In this document: positions 10,208 through 18,238 of the stretch, piece after piece
Position numbering within the stretch: the stretch's first letter is position 1
Layout of the letters: each line of letters starts with the position of its first letter
Sequence record: NC_031043.1
DNA: 64,000 nucleotides
Strand: one strand, 5' to 3'
Notes under the pieces: generated by a model
The model's input: only the letters and a program-made list of their open reading frames with translations
Databases searched by the model: none
Told to the model about the DNA's origin: nothing
Program-made: the position numbers and the translations under genes

Positions 10208-10705
10208 GTTGAATCCATCCAACTCACCCGATTTATACATCAAGTTATCTTCCCCTTCATCAATAACCCGGATAACGAATTTACCGTGCCACTTCAGATG
10301 ATTAGGGTCGATAGCAATTTTCACATCGTGAGTACCCGCATCTACCTCAGTTCGAGTAATGGTTACTTCAGACGCCAGTAACTTAGGCTCAGTCAGGTTC
10401 ATGTTGAATACGTTCAGCACATACGCATCATCTAACCAGTTACTGTACAAATCCCCCGTTGCTAACGAGTAGGTATCTTCCCCGTTTGGATGGGTCAGAT
10501 TAAAACGAGAGAAGTGATACTCTTTACTGCCTTTAAACGTGGGACTGTCCGGCTTTGCCGTTAACACTAACGCCGTGTTACGAGTACCGGTTTCAGGGAT
10601 ATACTCAGTAGGGTTACCGAAATCCACATCAGTTAACGCTAACCCCAGCTCAGGGTTCTTTGCGTTAATCAAGTCAATGAACTGTTCTTGTAATGACTTA
10701 GCCAT
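10205..10705 (-). CDS. Small virion protein, stand-alone paralogue of the type-A N-terminal domain
   Basis: LINAKNP..DVDFGNP..RNT..YHFSR; ends SGELDGFN. Start placed at MAKSL, which has a GAGG SD. Confidence 0.7.
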   Translation of the reverse strand: MAKSLQEQFIDLINAKNPELGLALTDVDFGNPTEYIPETGTRNTALVLTAKPDSPTFKGSKEYHFSRFNLTHPNGEDTYSLATGDLYSNWLDDAYVLNVFNMNLTEPKLLASEVTITRTEVDAGTHDVKIAIDPNHLKWHGKFVIRVIDEGEDNLMYKSGELDGFN

Positions 10706-10720
10706 CTCTTGCCTCACTTA

Positions 10721-11224
10721 TTAAGGGGTAGAATTGGTGATTTGCCACTCCACTAACACAGTTGCTCCATAACGCAAACTGTCTCGCGTTGTGACTGTTA
10801 CATCTTTATCATAACCATCGTTGGCTAACACACCATCATAGACATCAATGTCGTAACCCACGAAGTCCAGCAAATCCAAATCTCCGCCCACTGCAGCATA
10901 CTCTTGACGAACGCGTGCATCTATTTTCTCAGTGGTGTCCCAATCAGCGAGTGATTCGGTAATAGGCCTGCCGGTTTCTGGAGCAATCGGTTTCATTATC
11001 TCCCGCTGCCAGCGTAAGGTTTGGGTTCCTTTAAAGTGTAGACACTCCGGTTTGGCGGTGATGGTAATAGCCGTATCTCGCATGTCCTCGTCGTCGTTCT
11101 CGTTCCAATATTGCCAGTCAGGCTCCCCAAATGTCACATCATCTTGGGTTAACGGTGTTGCAAAGTGTGGGTTCTCTGCATTGAACACATCAAGAAGGTC
11201 TTGCTTAAAGTCGAATGTTGGCAT
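10721..11224 (-). CDS. Small virion protein, paralogue of the type-A N-terminal domain
   Basis: LLDVFNAENP..DDVTFGEP..RDT..FKGTQTLRW; lacks the GELDGF tag; AGGAG SD. Confidence 0.65.
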   Translation of the reverse strand: MPTFDFKQDLLDVFNAENPHFATPLTQDDVTFGEPDWQYWNENDDEDMRDTAITITAKPECLHFKGTQTLRWQREIMKPIAPETGRPITESLADWDTTEKIDARVRQEYAAVGGDLDLLDFVGYDIDVYDGVLANDGYDKDVTVTTRDSLRYGATVLVEWQITNSTP

Positions 11225-11240
11225 CCTTTTCTCCTGCTAT

Positions 11241-11278
11241 TAAAAAATAAAATAACCTACTTCGCACGAAGTAGGTTA
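11241..11278 (-). terminator. Intrinsic terminator (minus strand)
   Basis: 11-bp stem TAACCTACTTC (11253-11263) / GAAGTAGGTTA (11268-11278), followed on the minus strand by TTTTATTTTTTA. Confidence 0.8.
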
Positions 11279-11292
11279 GGTGTTACACGAGG

Positions 11293-11883
11293 CTAGACAA
11301 CGAAGCCGTCCATCTCGCCATTAGCACTGCTCAAATCTAGTTTAGTCTGCGTCAGTTTTGCAAAGTGCTCATCCAACTTAACCTTCCAGTCATCTGTACC
11401 GTCAGAAAAGTTGATAGTGAACACCGCGGCATGACGGAAAACATCGCCGATATATTTGTAGGTCTCGCCAATAACAATTTGACAAGGCCCACTTGCCTGC
11501 TCCGTCCAACCGTAAACCGGACCAATGTCAGTAGAATTTGACGAGCCTGTTGTATTACTGGCATACACATCACCAAACGTGTCTGCCCAGAGGGCCCGCA
11601 TTTTATTACGAATCATGTATTCTGAAACGGTAGACAAATCACAGGCAATGTCAACGTTGGGAATTGTAGGGGCAGGGATTTTATTGTAGTACAGGTGTAC
11701 GCTGCCTGTGAAATGGTCGTTATTTTGGTGTGCCGTCATTTGTGCTGCAGAATTAAATCCGACTGGGATGTTTCCGCTCGAGGTAACGAGGGAAATGTCA
11801 TACTGCGTAACCGCTTGTGGCAGGTCAGGATTCTTTGCATTATACAGGTCTAACAGCTGCTCGACTTCGGTTTTCTTGGTCAT
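11293..11883 (-). CDS. Small virion protein, paralogue of the type-A N-terminal domain
   Basis: LLDLYNAKNPDL..HLYYNK; ends LDLSSANGEMDGFVV. Confidence 0.65.
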   Translation of the reverse strand: MTKKTEVEQLLDLYNAKNPDLPQAVTQYDISLVTSSGNIPVGFNSAAQMTAHQNNDHFTGSVHLYYNKIPAPTIPNVDIACDLSTVSEYMIRNKMRALWADTFGDVYASNTTGSSNSTDIGPVYGWTEQASGPCQIVIGETYKYIGDVFRHAAVFTINFSDGTDDWKVKLDEHFAKLTQTKLDLSSANGEMDGFVV

Positions 11884-12009
11884 TTTCTTGCCCTAGAGAA
11901 TATTAAAATACACAAAAGTAATGCAGGTGAATCTATTTTTATAATAATTTGTTTCGTACAAAAATGATGAATCTACCCCCTAGCCGGAGGTAGATTATCT
12001 TACTTCAGG

Positions 12010-12534
12010 TTACGCCGTGAAACCGTCCAGCTCACCGTCGGTGGTGCTCAGGTCAGTCTTAACGATTTCCTGAGTGACGGTGTACGCTACCAGCAGACCT
12101 GGCAGGTATTTGATGTGGCCCGCATTCACAGACACGCTGATGACTTTCTCGCCGTCTTCGCCATCAGTACGGCCGATGGTCAGTTCAGCTGCGGTAAACG
12201 CATCTTCGGTTTTACCGGCAGTAATCAGGTCAGCGTTAACAAACGCCAGCACTTCTTCGTCGGTATCCCAGTCAGCCTGGTCATCGGTAACTGCTTTCGC
12301 ACCGATAAGAGCCGCAGAAGCAATACGGATATAATGCAGTTCTTTCGAACCGGTGAAGTGTACGCTGTCACCTTTCGCAGTAACAGTCAGTTTAGTGTTA
12401 CGACCTGCATCACCACCGGTGAGGTCTTCCACTGTACCAAAATCAACATCTGCAGACGCCAGCGCTTGCGCAAGGCTGGAGTTCTTAGCGTTGAAAAGAG
12501 CAACCAGTTGGTCTTTAAAAGACTTAATAGCCAT
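12010..12534 (-). CDS. Small virion protein, paralogue of the type-A N-terminal domain
   Basis: LFNAKN..DVDFG..RNT..HFTGSKELHYIR; ends TDLSTTDGELDGFTA. Start placed at MAIKS, which has an AAGGA SD. Confidence 0.7.
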   Translation of the reverse strand: MAIKSFKDQLVALFNAKNSSLAQALASADVDFGTVEDLTGGDAGRNTKLTVTAKGDSVHFTGSKELHYIRIASAALIGAKAVTDDQADWDTDEEVLAFVNADLITAGKTEDAFTAAELTIGRTDGEDGEKVISVSVNAGHIKYLPGLLVAYTVTQEIVKTDLSTTDGELDGFTA

Positions 12535-12637
12535 GTTCCAATTCCTTCTATTTACGGTACCGTAGGGACGCAATACAAACTGCGCCTTCATAATAAATTT
12601 AAAACTAGGCTACCCCACAAAGGAGGTAGCCCGAGTC

Positions 12638-13162
12638 CTACAGGTGTGACACCAATTTATTCCACTCAATTGGCTTTTGTGGAATGACCGATACGGTTCC
12701 CCGGGTCGGTGACCAGACCGTTAAGTTCGCCTGATTCCGCACATCAAAATGGAACCAGCTGATGTCGGTTTCTAAGAAGTGAATGAACGGGAACTCGTTC
12801 GGATTCTGCATGATGTAAGCACGAACTTCTTGCGAGCTGTAGTTCTGGAAGTTTAAGTCCATTGCCCCGCCGTATTTGTGCATGCTGTCAGACGCCGCGT
12901 AAAGCTCGTGAGCGCGTTCTTTCCAATTACCGCCCTTTGGCTTCTCTTGGTTAATAAAGAACTGTAGCGTGCGAATGGTGCGCTGTGTCATACCTTTAGA
13001 CGGCGAATTTGCAACGATAGGCCCGAACTTGTTACGTAACTGCTGTAACGTCACCATTACCAACGGACTAATCAAGTAAGCCGCATTAGCACCGCGCCGT
13101 GCAATGATATCCGGTGGGACTAATTCTTCGAGCTTAAACTGCTTGGGGTTCGGTTGGAACAT
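12638..13162 (-). CDS. Peptidase M15-like zinc peptidoglycan hydrolase
   Basis: SMHKYGGAMD matches the SxHxxGxAxD zinc motif and WFHFDVR matches WxHxDxR of M15 (LAS-family) peptidases; AGGAGG SD. Confidence 0.7.
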   Translation of the reverse strand: MFQPNPKQFKLEELVPPDIIARRGANAAYLISPLVMVTLQQLRNKFGPIVANSPSKGMTQRTIRTLQFFINQEKPKGGNWKERAHELYAASDSMHKYGGAMDLNFQNYSSQEVRAYIMQNPNEFPFIHFLETDISWFHFDVRNQANLTVWSPTRGTVSVIPQKPIEWNKLVSHL

Positions 13163-13826
13163 GGGTGCCTCCTGCAGGCGGTATTGGGTAACTCAGGAAT
13201 GAACGTTTAATGTTCAAGTATAAGACATGCGCCTGTCGACCGCTATACAGCTCAGACATGTCTTGTGGGGGAATAGCGACTTCCGGACGTTCACGCACGA
13301 ACTCATAATTGCAGTTCATGTTAAAGGTGTAAGCATCCGGTTTTAAATAGATGCAGCCTTTGTTGTTGTCGATATACGACTCGATACCAAAGTGCTTGAC
13401 CGCCAGATAGAACGACTGTCGGGTGAGCCACGCCACATTAAGCTGTTTCATGACGTACAGGAACATGCGGTCTGCAAACTCTTTATTAATGAAACGATTG
13501 AGCTTACCGCAAGCCGTGTCTTTGTAATGGCCGATAATCGGAATCTTCTGGTACAACAAATCATGCAGACAAGCCGCAGGACCGTAATCGCCTTCCGGTT
13601 TAAACAAGAACTGTAGCTGTGTAGGAATTGAAGCTAAATCGGTTACAAACCCTTTCGGGGCAACCAAATATAAAGGGGTGGTGGACACTAAGCCCGTTTC
13701 CTTTAAAATGACCCCGAGTGTTTTCGGGTCGTCCTCGTACAGACCAGCTAATGTAAAACCGAAGTTGAAGTCTTTGGTAAGAATAAACCAGTGGTCATCT
13801 AACCGTGTGTATTCAAACTTATCCAT
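13134..13826 (-). CDS. DUF1353 family protein
   Basis: APKGFVTDLASIP..YGPAACLHDLLY..ADRMF..M..L.V..FYLAVKHFG, the characteristic DUF1353 pattern. Start placed at MDKFEY (AAGGA SD). Confidence 0.7.
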   Translation of the reverse strand: MDKFEYTRLDDHWFILTKDFNFGFTLAGLYEDDPKTLGVILKETGLVSTTPLYLVAPKGFVTDLASIPTQLQFLFKPEGDYGPAACLHDLLYQKIPIIGHYKDTACGKLNRFINKEFADRMFLYVMKQLNVAWLTRQSFYLAVKHFGIESYIDNNKGCIYLKPDAYTFNMNCNYEFVRERPEVAIPPQDMSELYSGRQAHVLYLNIKRSFLSYPIPPAGGTHVPTEPQAV

Positions 13827-13858
13827 TCTAGTTATCCTTCGATTTACGTGGTAGTCAT

Positions 13859-13892
13859 AAAAAAAGAACAAGGTGTGCCCCGAAGGGCACAC
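13859..13892 (-). terminator. Intrinsic terminator closing the radical SAM operon
   Basis: On the minus strand GTGTGCCC-TTCG-GGGCACAC (UUCG tetraloop, 13873-13892) is followed by CTTGTTCTTTTTT, 3 nt after the stop at 13895. Confidence 0.85.
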
Positions 13893-13894
13893 GC

Positions 13895-14551
13895 TTAGGC
13901 TTCTGCTACAAACTTCTCACGCATGCCTTTGAGTTTAGTGTACTCACTCTTCTCGGCCGCAATACGTGCGTCCCGTTTAAAGTCAGTCAACTTCTCATGC
14001 AGCGCGTTCGTACGGCTTACGATACCTGAATTCAACGCTTTCAAATCATCCAGCGTAAACTCCAGCTTTTCGTTATTCGCGTCCACCCAGTAACCCGGGC
14101 TTTCATCGACACTGAGATAACGAGCAATCGCAGCCAGCGCTTTTTCATCAGTCTGGTAAACACGCCCACCCAGCTCGATAGGTTGCACTACCGCTTCGCT
14201 GTATGCCTGATTTACCCACGCAATCAAATCGTGCAGCAGTGCGTAGCACTTGCCTGACGTTGAGATACGCTCTGCCTGACGGGTTGCCAAATCGATTTCC
14301 AGCACGTCTTTGATAAACGTGTGTGCTGACTTAAGCACGAACTTAATCTCCAGCGGAGACAGTCCCTGCTCTTTCAGCTGAGCGGAAAGCTCGTCGTCTT
14401 TCATCCCATCGAGTAAACGATAGTGTGCCAGACGTGACAGCGACGGGTTCCAACGACCATCACTCAGATGACCATCGACGAACTGACCGTGACGGTCGAC
14501 GAGTTTCCCGCTGTTCAGGAAACGATTTTTTATTTCGTCATTACTAAGCAT
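13895..14551 (-). CDS. DUF4376-like tail-fibre-associated protein
   Basis: The C-terminal half PIELGGRVYQTDEKA..YWVDANNEKLEFTLDDLKAL..K resembles the DUF4376 pattern (G..f..D..s..W..aDN..v.lt...l..l), a domain usually encoded beside tail-fibre genes. Confidence 0.55.
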   Translation of the reverse strand: MLSNDEIKNRFLNSGKLVDRHGQFVDGHLSDGRWNPSLSRLAHYRLLDGMKDDELSAQLKEQGLSPLEIKFVLKSAHTFIKDVLEIDLATRQAERISTSGKCYALLHDLIAWVNQAYSEAVVQPIELGGRVYQTDEKALAAIARYLSVDESPGYWVDANNEKLEFTLDDLKALNSGIVSRTNALHEKLTDFKRDARIAAEKSEYTKLKGMREKFVAEA

Positions 14552-15093
14552 TCAGTTTTCCCCACGATGCCGATATCTTTCAGCAGACCGTAGTCGAGGA
14601 ACTGATAGTCCTTGGCCAGGTCGTACTGCCAGATGAGGTTGTTAATACGTTGCTCTTCCGTAATCTCTTCGGCCGTATTGAACACCCCTACGTGTTCCCA
14701 AATCTCAAAGTAGTTACATTGGTCTTTACTGTTGCGGACAATAAGGACTTTATTGAGTGGGAACGACTGCGCCACTGCAACCAGAGAAGTTACCGCTTTA
14801 CCGTGATTGGTACGGTACAGCACTTTCAGTTTGCTTGGCGGGGTTTCCAGCATACGCTCTTCGAGACCGGTGTTACGCAGCTCAGCCTGTGCCAGTGAGT
14901 TGTGACCCTGCTCCACGCAGTCCAGTTCAATCAGCACATTCAGGGAATGACGCACCACCAGTCGTTTAACAACGTCGGTGTAGTTCTCAGCTTTACACAG
15001 CAGAGTTACATCGAACAGCTTGTGCTTCGTCAGGAACTGGTCCAGCAACGTTGTATCAAGCCTGGTAAAATTGTGAATCAGTAATGACTTCAT
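14530..15093 (-). CDS. Hypothetical accessory protein of the radical SAM operon
   Basis: Open frame overlapping both neighbours (translational coupling); start placed at MKSLLIH; no motif recognised. Confidence 0.55.
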   Translation of the reverse strand: MKSLLIHNFTRLDTTLLDQFLTKHKLFDVTLLCKAENYTDVVKRLVVRHSLNVLIELDCVEQGHNSLAQAELRNTGLEERMLETPPSKLKVLYRTNHGKAVTSLVAVAQSFPLNKVLIVRNSKDQCNYFEIWEHVGVFNTAEEITEEQRINNLIWQYDLAKDYQFLDYGLLKDIGIVGKTECLVMTK

Positions 15094-16417
15094 TGGTCTT
15101 TTCCTGTTTAACTGGAGCGTGCTTATGTTCAACTGCCGGAGCTTCGGGCTGAGCACGTGAAAGGGTTGGGAGTTTGTTTTGTGCGGATGCCTTCACACGG
15201 CACTCGTAGCAGTTACAGGACAGTTTCTCGAACTGGTCACCATAAGTGCCGAAACGACGTTCCCACCATTGGGCGGTCAGCAGTTTAGCCGTAGTCCAAC
15301 CACACTGGCGGCGCTCAGAGTGATAAGCTTTACGGGCTTCTTCTTCGCCATCGCCATTCTCATACGCAGCGGCCACGCAGGACGCACAGATGTGTTTGGC
15401 TGGGCAACCCAGACATGCATCCGGGTAAGACTGCCACTGGGTCTGTACTTCGTTCAGCAGTTTGCCACCGTCGGTGTTGATAATCTCACGACCAACCAGT
15501 TTGGCAATTGCTTGACGCGTAGTGACCGTTGACATGAAGCGGTTACAACCGTAGATGTTACGGTCAAAGCCGAGACAGGTCATGTGTACCGTGGTACCAC
15601 AGTGAGGACGCAGACGCTCTGGGTCGTAACGAATCTGATCGTCATGCAGAAGCTTTTCACGCCAGTCCGGTTTCCACAATTCATCGACGTTCATGCCACG
15701 TGGGGTAATGTGCCCCATTTCAGCGGTCGGGTCTTTGTGCAAATCTTTACCAATCCAGTATTCCAGCACTTCAATCATCTGGTTAGAGATGCCGAGCGCC
15801 ATATCACGTGGAATGATATCTTCGAAGACCATGTTACCGTAGATAGTACCACCGCCTGATTGGTCAATCAGGGACTTCATGGACGCCGCATAATGCTTAA
15901 GCGTGTCGTGAGTAAAGGTGGCTTTAATACCCAGGTCATTAATCTTCATGGACTTGAGGTAATGGTAGCCTTCCAGCGCCTTCTCATACGAGCCCTTACG
16001 GGAAGTCGTAAAGATACGGTGCTTATCGTGCGTTTCAGGCAGACCATCGATTGACACGCCGATAGACAGCTTCGGATACCAGCGCTCAATGATTGAACGG
16101 TTCAGCGGTTTATCAAACAGCGTGCCGTTCGTGGAGATGGAGAACATGTACGGACGATTGTCTCGTGCCGCCAGAATCTCTGCAGTTTCAAAGGCCGCAA
16201 TCAGCAGCTTCGGTTGCAGGAAAGGTTCACCACCGATAATGTCGATAATCGCGCCACCCAGGTTAGGTTTACCTTTGTCGCGGTCAAAACAGGCGTGGAT
16301 GAAATCCACCACATCTTCTACACGGTTATTACGTGGAAACTTGCGCTCGTAGCAGTAATCGCAGTCGAGGTTACACGACAAGTTCGTAACAATCTGATAC
16401 GTTACGTCCATAGCCAT
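15056..16417 (-). CDS. Radical SAM/SPASM peptide maturase (CXXX-repeat target type)
   Basis: CNLDCDYC (CX3CX2C), GGEPFL, ISTNGT, VSIDG..HDKHR, and C-terminal CX7CX9C plus CLGCPAKHICASC (CX2CX5CX2C) plus RQC, i.e. SPASM-type auxiliary cluster ligands. Confidence 0.9.
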   Translation of the reverse strand: MAMDVTYQIVTNLSCNLDCDYCYERKFPRNNRVEDVVDFIHACFDRDKGKPNLGGAIIDIIGGEPFLQPKLLIAAFETAEILAARDNRPYMFSISTNGTLFDKPLNRSIIERWYPKLSIGVSIDGLPETHDKHRIFTTSRKGSYEKALEGYHYLKSMKINDLGIKATFTHDTLKHYAASMKSLIDQSGGGTIYGNMVFEDIIPRDMALGISNQMIEVLEYWIGKDLHKDPTAEMGHITPRGMNVDELWKPDWREKLLHDDQIRYDPERLRPHCGTTVHMTCLGFDRNIYGCNRFMSTVTTRQAIAKLVGREIINTDGGKLLNEVQTQWQSYPDACLGCPAKHICASCVAAAYENGDGEEEARKAYHSERRQCGWTTAKLLTAQWWERRFGTYGDQFEKLSCNCYECRVKASAQNKLPTLSRAQPEAPAVEHKHAPVKQEKTNEVITDSQFYQA

Positions 16418-16430
16418 AACAGCATCCCCC

Positions 16431-17303
16431 TCAGGAGTTAAGATTCAGGTAATTGTGCAGATACTTGTAAGTCTCTACACCGATAATTTGTGCCATGGCG
16501 TTACAGCCTGAGTTGACGTAAAACTCTACGTTCTCATTGTGCTTAATATCGCCGTTCGGCTCGACCAGTTTCAACTGGCCACAGGCATTACAGTTTTCGT
16601 GGTCGAAGAACTTCTCGAGACGGAAGACTGTATTAATCCCATTCACCGAATTCAACTCACGCATCTGAGACTCTAACTGCTTATAGCCGTAGATAAAGTT
16701 CAGAACATGATCCTGATTGAGAGGTTTGGCCATCAGTTTGTCAAACGTCAGGGTCATTGCACCCAAACGCAAGTGATGCATTGCCGAATGTAAACGCAAC
16801 GTATCTTCAAACCAGCGTGGCTTACTGACTTGTTCGCGGGTCAGCACGCCCCACGTAACGACATTGTCCAGCTCAGACATCACTTCAAAAGCTTCTTGCG
16901 CCCCGTCTTCCACAAACGCCATCAGACTGCGGTCACCACCTTCGAAGGTATCGATGGAGACGATGATGCGGTCAAACGTTTTCAGGAACTCGAGTTGCGA
17001 GAGCTTAAGTTTACGGCCATTGGTAAACAGCAGGTGTTTTGCAGAAGGCACTTGCTCACGCGCCTGTCCTACGAAGTCGACTAACTTCTGATAGGCAAGC
17101 AGCGGTTCGCCACCAGTCCACAGGAATTCCTCGACAAGAGGATTTTCTTTTATAATGTCCACCATTGCCTCTTTGTGTTTTGTTTTCGAGACATCACCTT
17201 TCGCCATGTGAGCCGCTCCTCCACAGAAGGAGCAGTTCAGGTTACACTTCGACGTAAGCGCAATGTCAATCATGGTTGCAGACGACTTAGGGGTATCGTG
17301 CAT
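16431..17303 (-). CDS. Second radical SAM enzyme with a short, twitch-like C-terminus
   Basis: CNLNCSFC (CX3CX2C), WTGGEPLL, FTNG, IVSID; C-terminal CNAC..VEPNGDI..GC. Start is uncertain (MHDTP at 17303 or MIDIA at 17273). Confidence 0.85.
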   Translation of the reverse strand: MHDTPKSSATMIDIALTSKCNLNCSFCGGAAHMAKGDVSKTKHKEAMVDIIKENPLVEEFLWTGGEPLLAYQKLVDFVGQAREQVPSAKHLLFTNGRKLKLSQLEFLKTFDRIIVSIDTFEGGDRSLMAFVEDGAQEAFEVMSELDNVVTWGVLTREQVSKPRWFEDTLRLHSAMHHLRLGAMTLTFDKLMAKPLNQDHVLNFIYGYKQLESQMRELNSVNGINTVFRLEKFFDHENCNACGQLKLVEPNGDIKHNENVEFYVNSGCNAMAQIIGVETYKYLHNYLNLNS

Positions 17304-18228
17304 CAGGATTCTTTTTCCACAGATTTTCCATGAAAGTGAAAATCGGGTCTGTGAGTCGGACGTTCTCACCGGCCTTAATCAAGCGCTTATCATGGTACGC
17401 CTCAAGAATAGCATCCAGTACCTTATTCCGGTCGTTCAAACGATTCAGTTCACCCACGGTAACTTCACTGCGAGTAAAGGAACTGACCGCCTGTTGCTCT
17501 TCGGCCGACAGGAGTCCCGCTTCATTGACTTTACCAACCAAGAAGGTCAGTACACGATGTAAGTCAGCGGTGGTATTAGGTTGCTCACCGTATTCACACT
17601 GAACCAGATAATTCGTCCATGGCTTACGGATACGTTTGGTAATCTCGTATTCGTCCGTGATTGCGGTCCACTTCATATCACGGTGTTGCCATGTAAATTT
17701 GTAGGAGTAAGCCCACAAGTCAGCCAGACAATCAATGCCCAACTCTTCGTAACCTTCAACCGGATAGTAACGCTCCAGGTTGTGGTAATCGGCATCCGGC
17801 ACTTCTGCTGCTTCAACCAGCGTATAATAGAATGGGAAGGAAGACGGGTACTCCCAGCCCCACTGACGCTGAATCATCGGCACCATGCCGTTTTCTTTAA
17901 ACGAAGCGAACACCATCTCGATAGGCATGGAGTAGTTCAGTACCGCATCGGTAAAGAAATACTTGTCGTTCACCAGCTTGCCGAAATACTCATCCGTACC
18001 GTTTAAGATGTACAGGATTTTAATGTGCAGACCTTCCGGAGTCGTGAACTCTTCACGGACTTCCGCGTTGTCTAAAATATCACGAGGACGCAGACGAGGG
18101 AACTCGCCCGGGTTCATGCAGATTAAACGCAGACGGTCGTTGACGTGTGCATCAACGCTGTCAGGCAACCCGAGGTGAATCGGATAGTTAAAGTTGGTGC
18201 GGAAGGCAAGATGCGAATTATTCTTCAC
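17287..18228 (-). CDS. Hypothetical accessory protein of the radical SAM operon (about 313 aa)
   Basis: GTG at 18228 is preceded by TAAGGAG, which overlaps the stop of the 69-aa gene; the longer ORF-track start at 18318 overlaps that gene. No motif recognised. Confidence 0.65.
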   Translation of the reverse strand: MKNNSHLAFRTNFNYPIHLGLPDSVDAHVNDRLRLICMNPGEFPRLRPRDILDNAEVREEFTTPEGLHIKILYILNGTDEYFGKLVNDKYFFTDAVLNYSMPIEMVFASFKENGMVPMIQRQWGWEYPSSFPFYYTLVEAAEVPDADYHNLERYYPVEGYEELGIDCLADLWAYSYKFTWQHRDMKWTAITDEYEITKRIRKPWTNYLVQCEYGEQPNTTADLHRVLTFLVGKVNEAGLLSAEEQQAVSSFTRSEVTVGELNRLNDRNKVLDAILEAYHDKRLIKAGENVRLTDPIFTFMENLWKKNPDARYP

Positions 18229-18238
18229 GGAAAACTCC

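Noticed and set aside
12553-12564. Perfect 12-bp palindromes TACGGTACCGTA (12553) and GCCATTAATGGC (35699) as operators
   Set aside because: About 16 such palindromes are expected by chance in 64 kb (64000/4^6); the two share no sequence.
12115-12687. 190-aa plus-strand ORF
   Set aside because: Antisense to the clearly homologous 12010-12534 virion gene; no SD or recognisable motif.
15056-17303. Radical SAM genes as DNA-modification (QueE/7-deazaguanine) or anaerobic RNR-activating enzymes
   Set aside because: Both have plain CX3CX2C motifs, one has a SPASM domain, there are no queC/queD/folE/dpdA or nrdD neighbours, and Cys-rich targets are adjacent. Not formally excluded without a family search.
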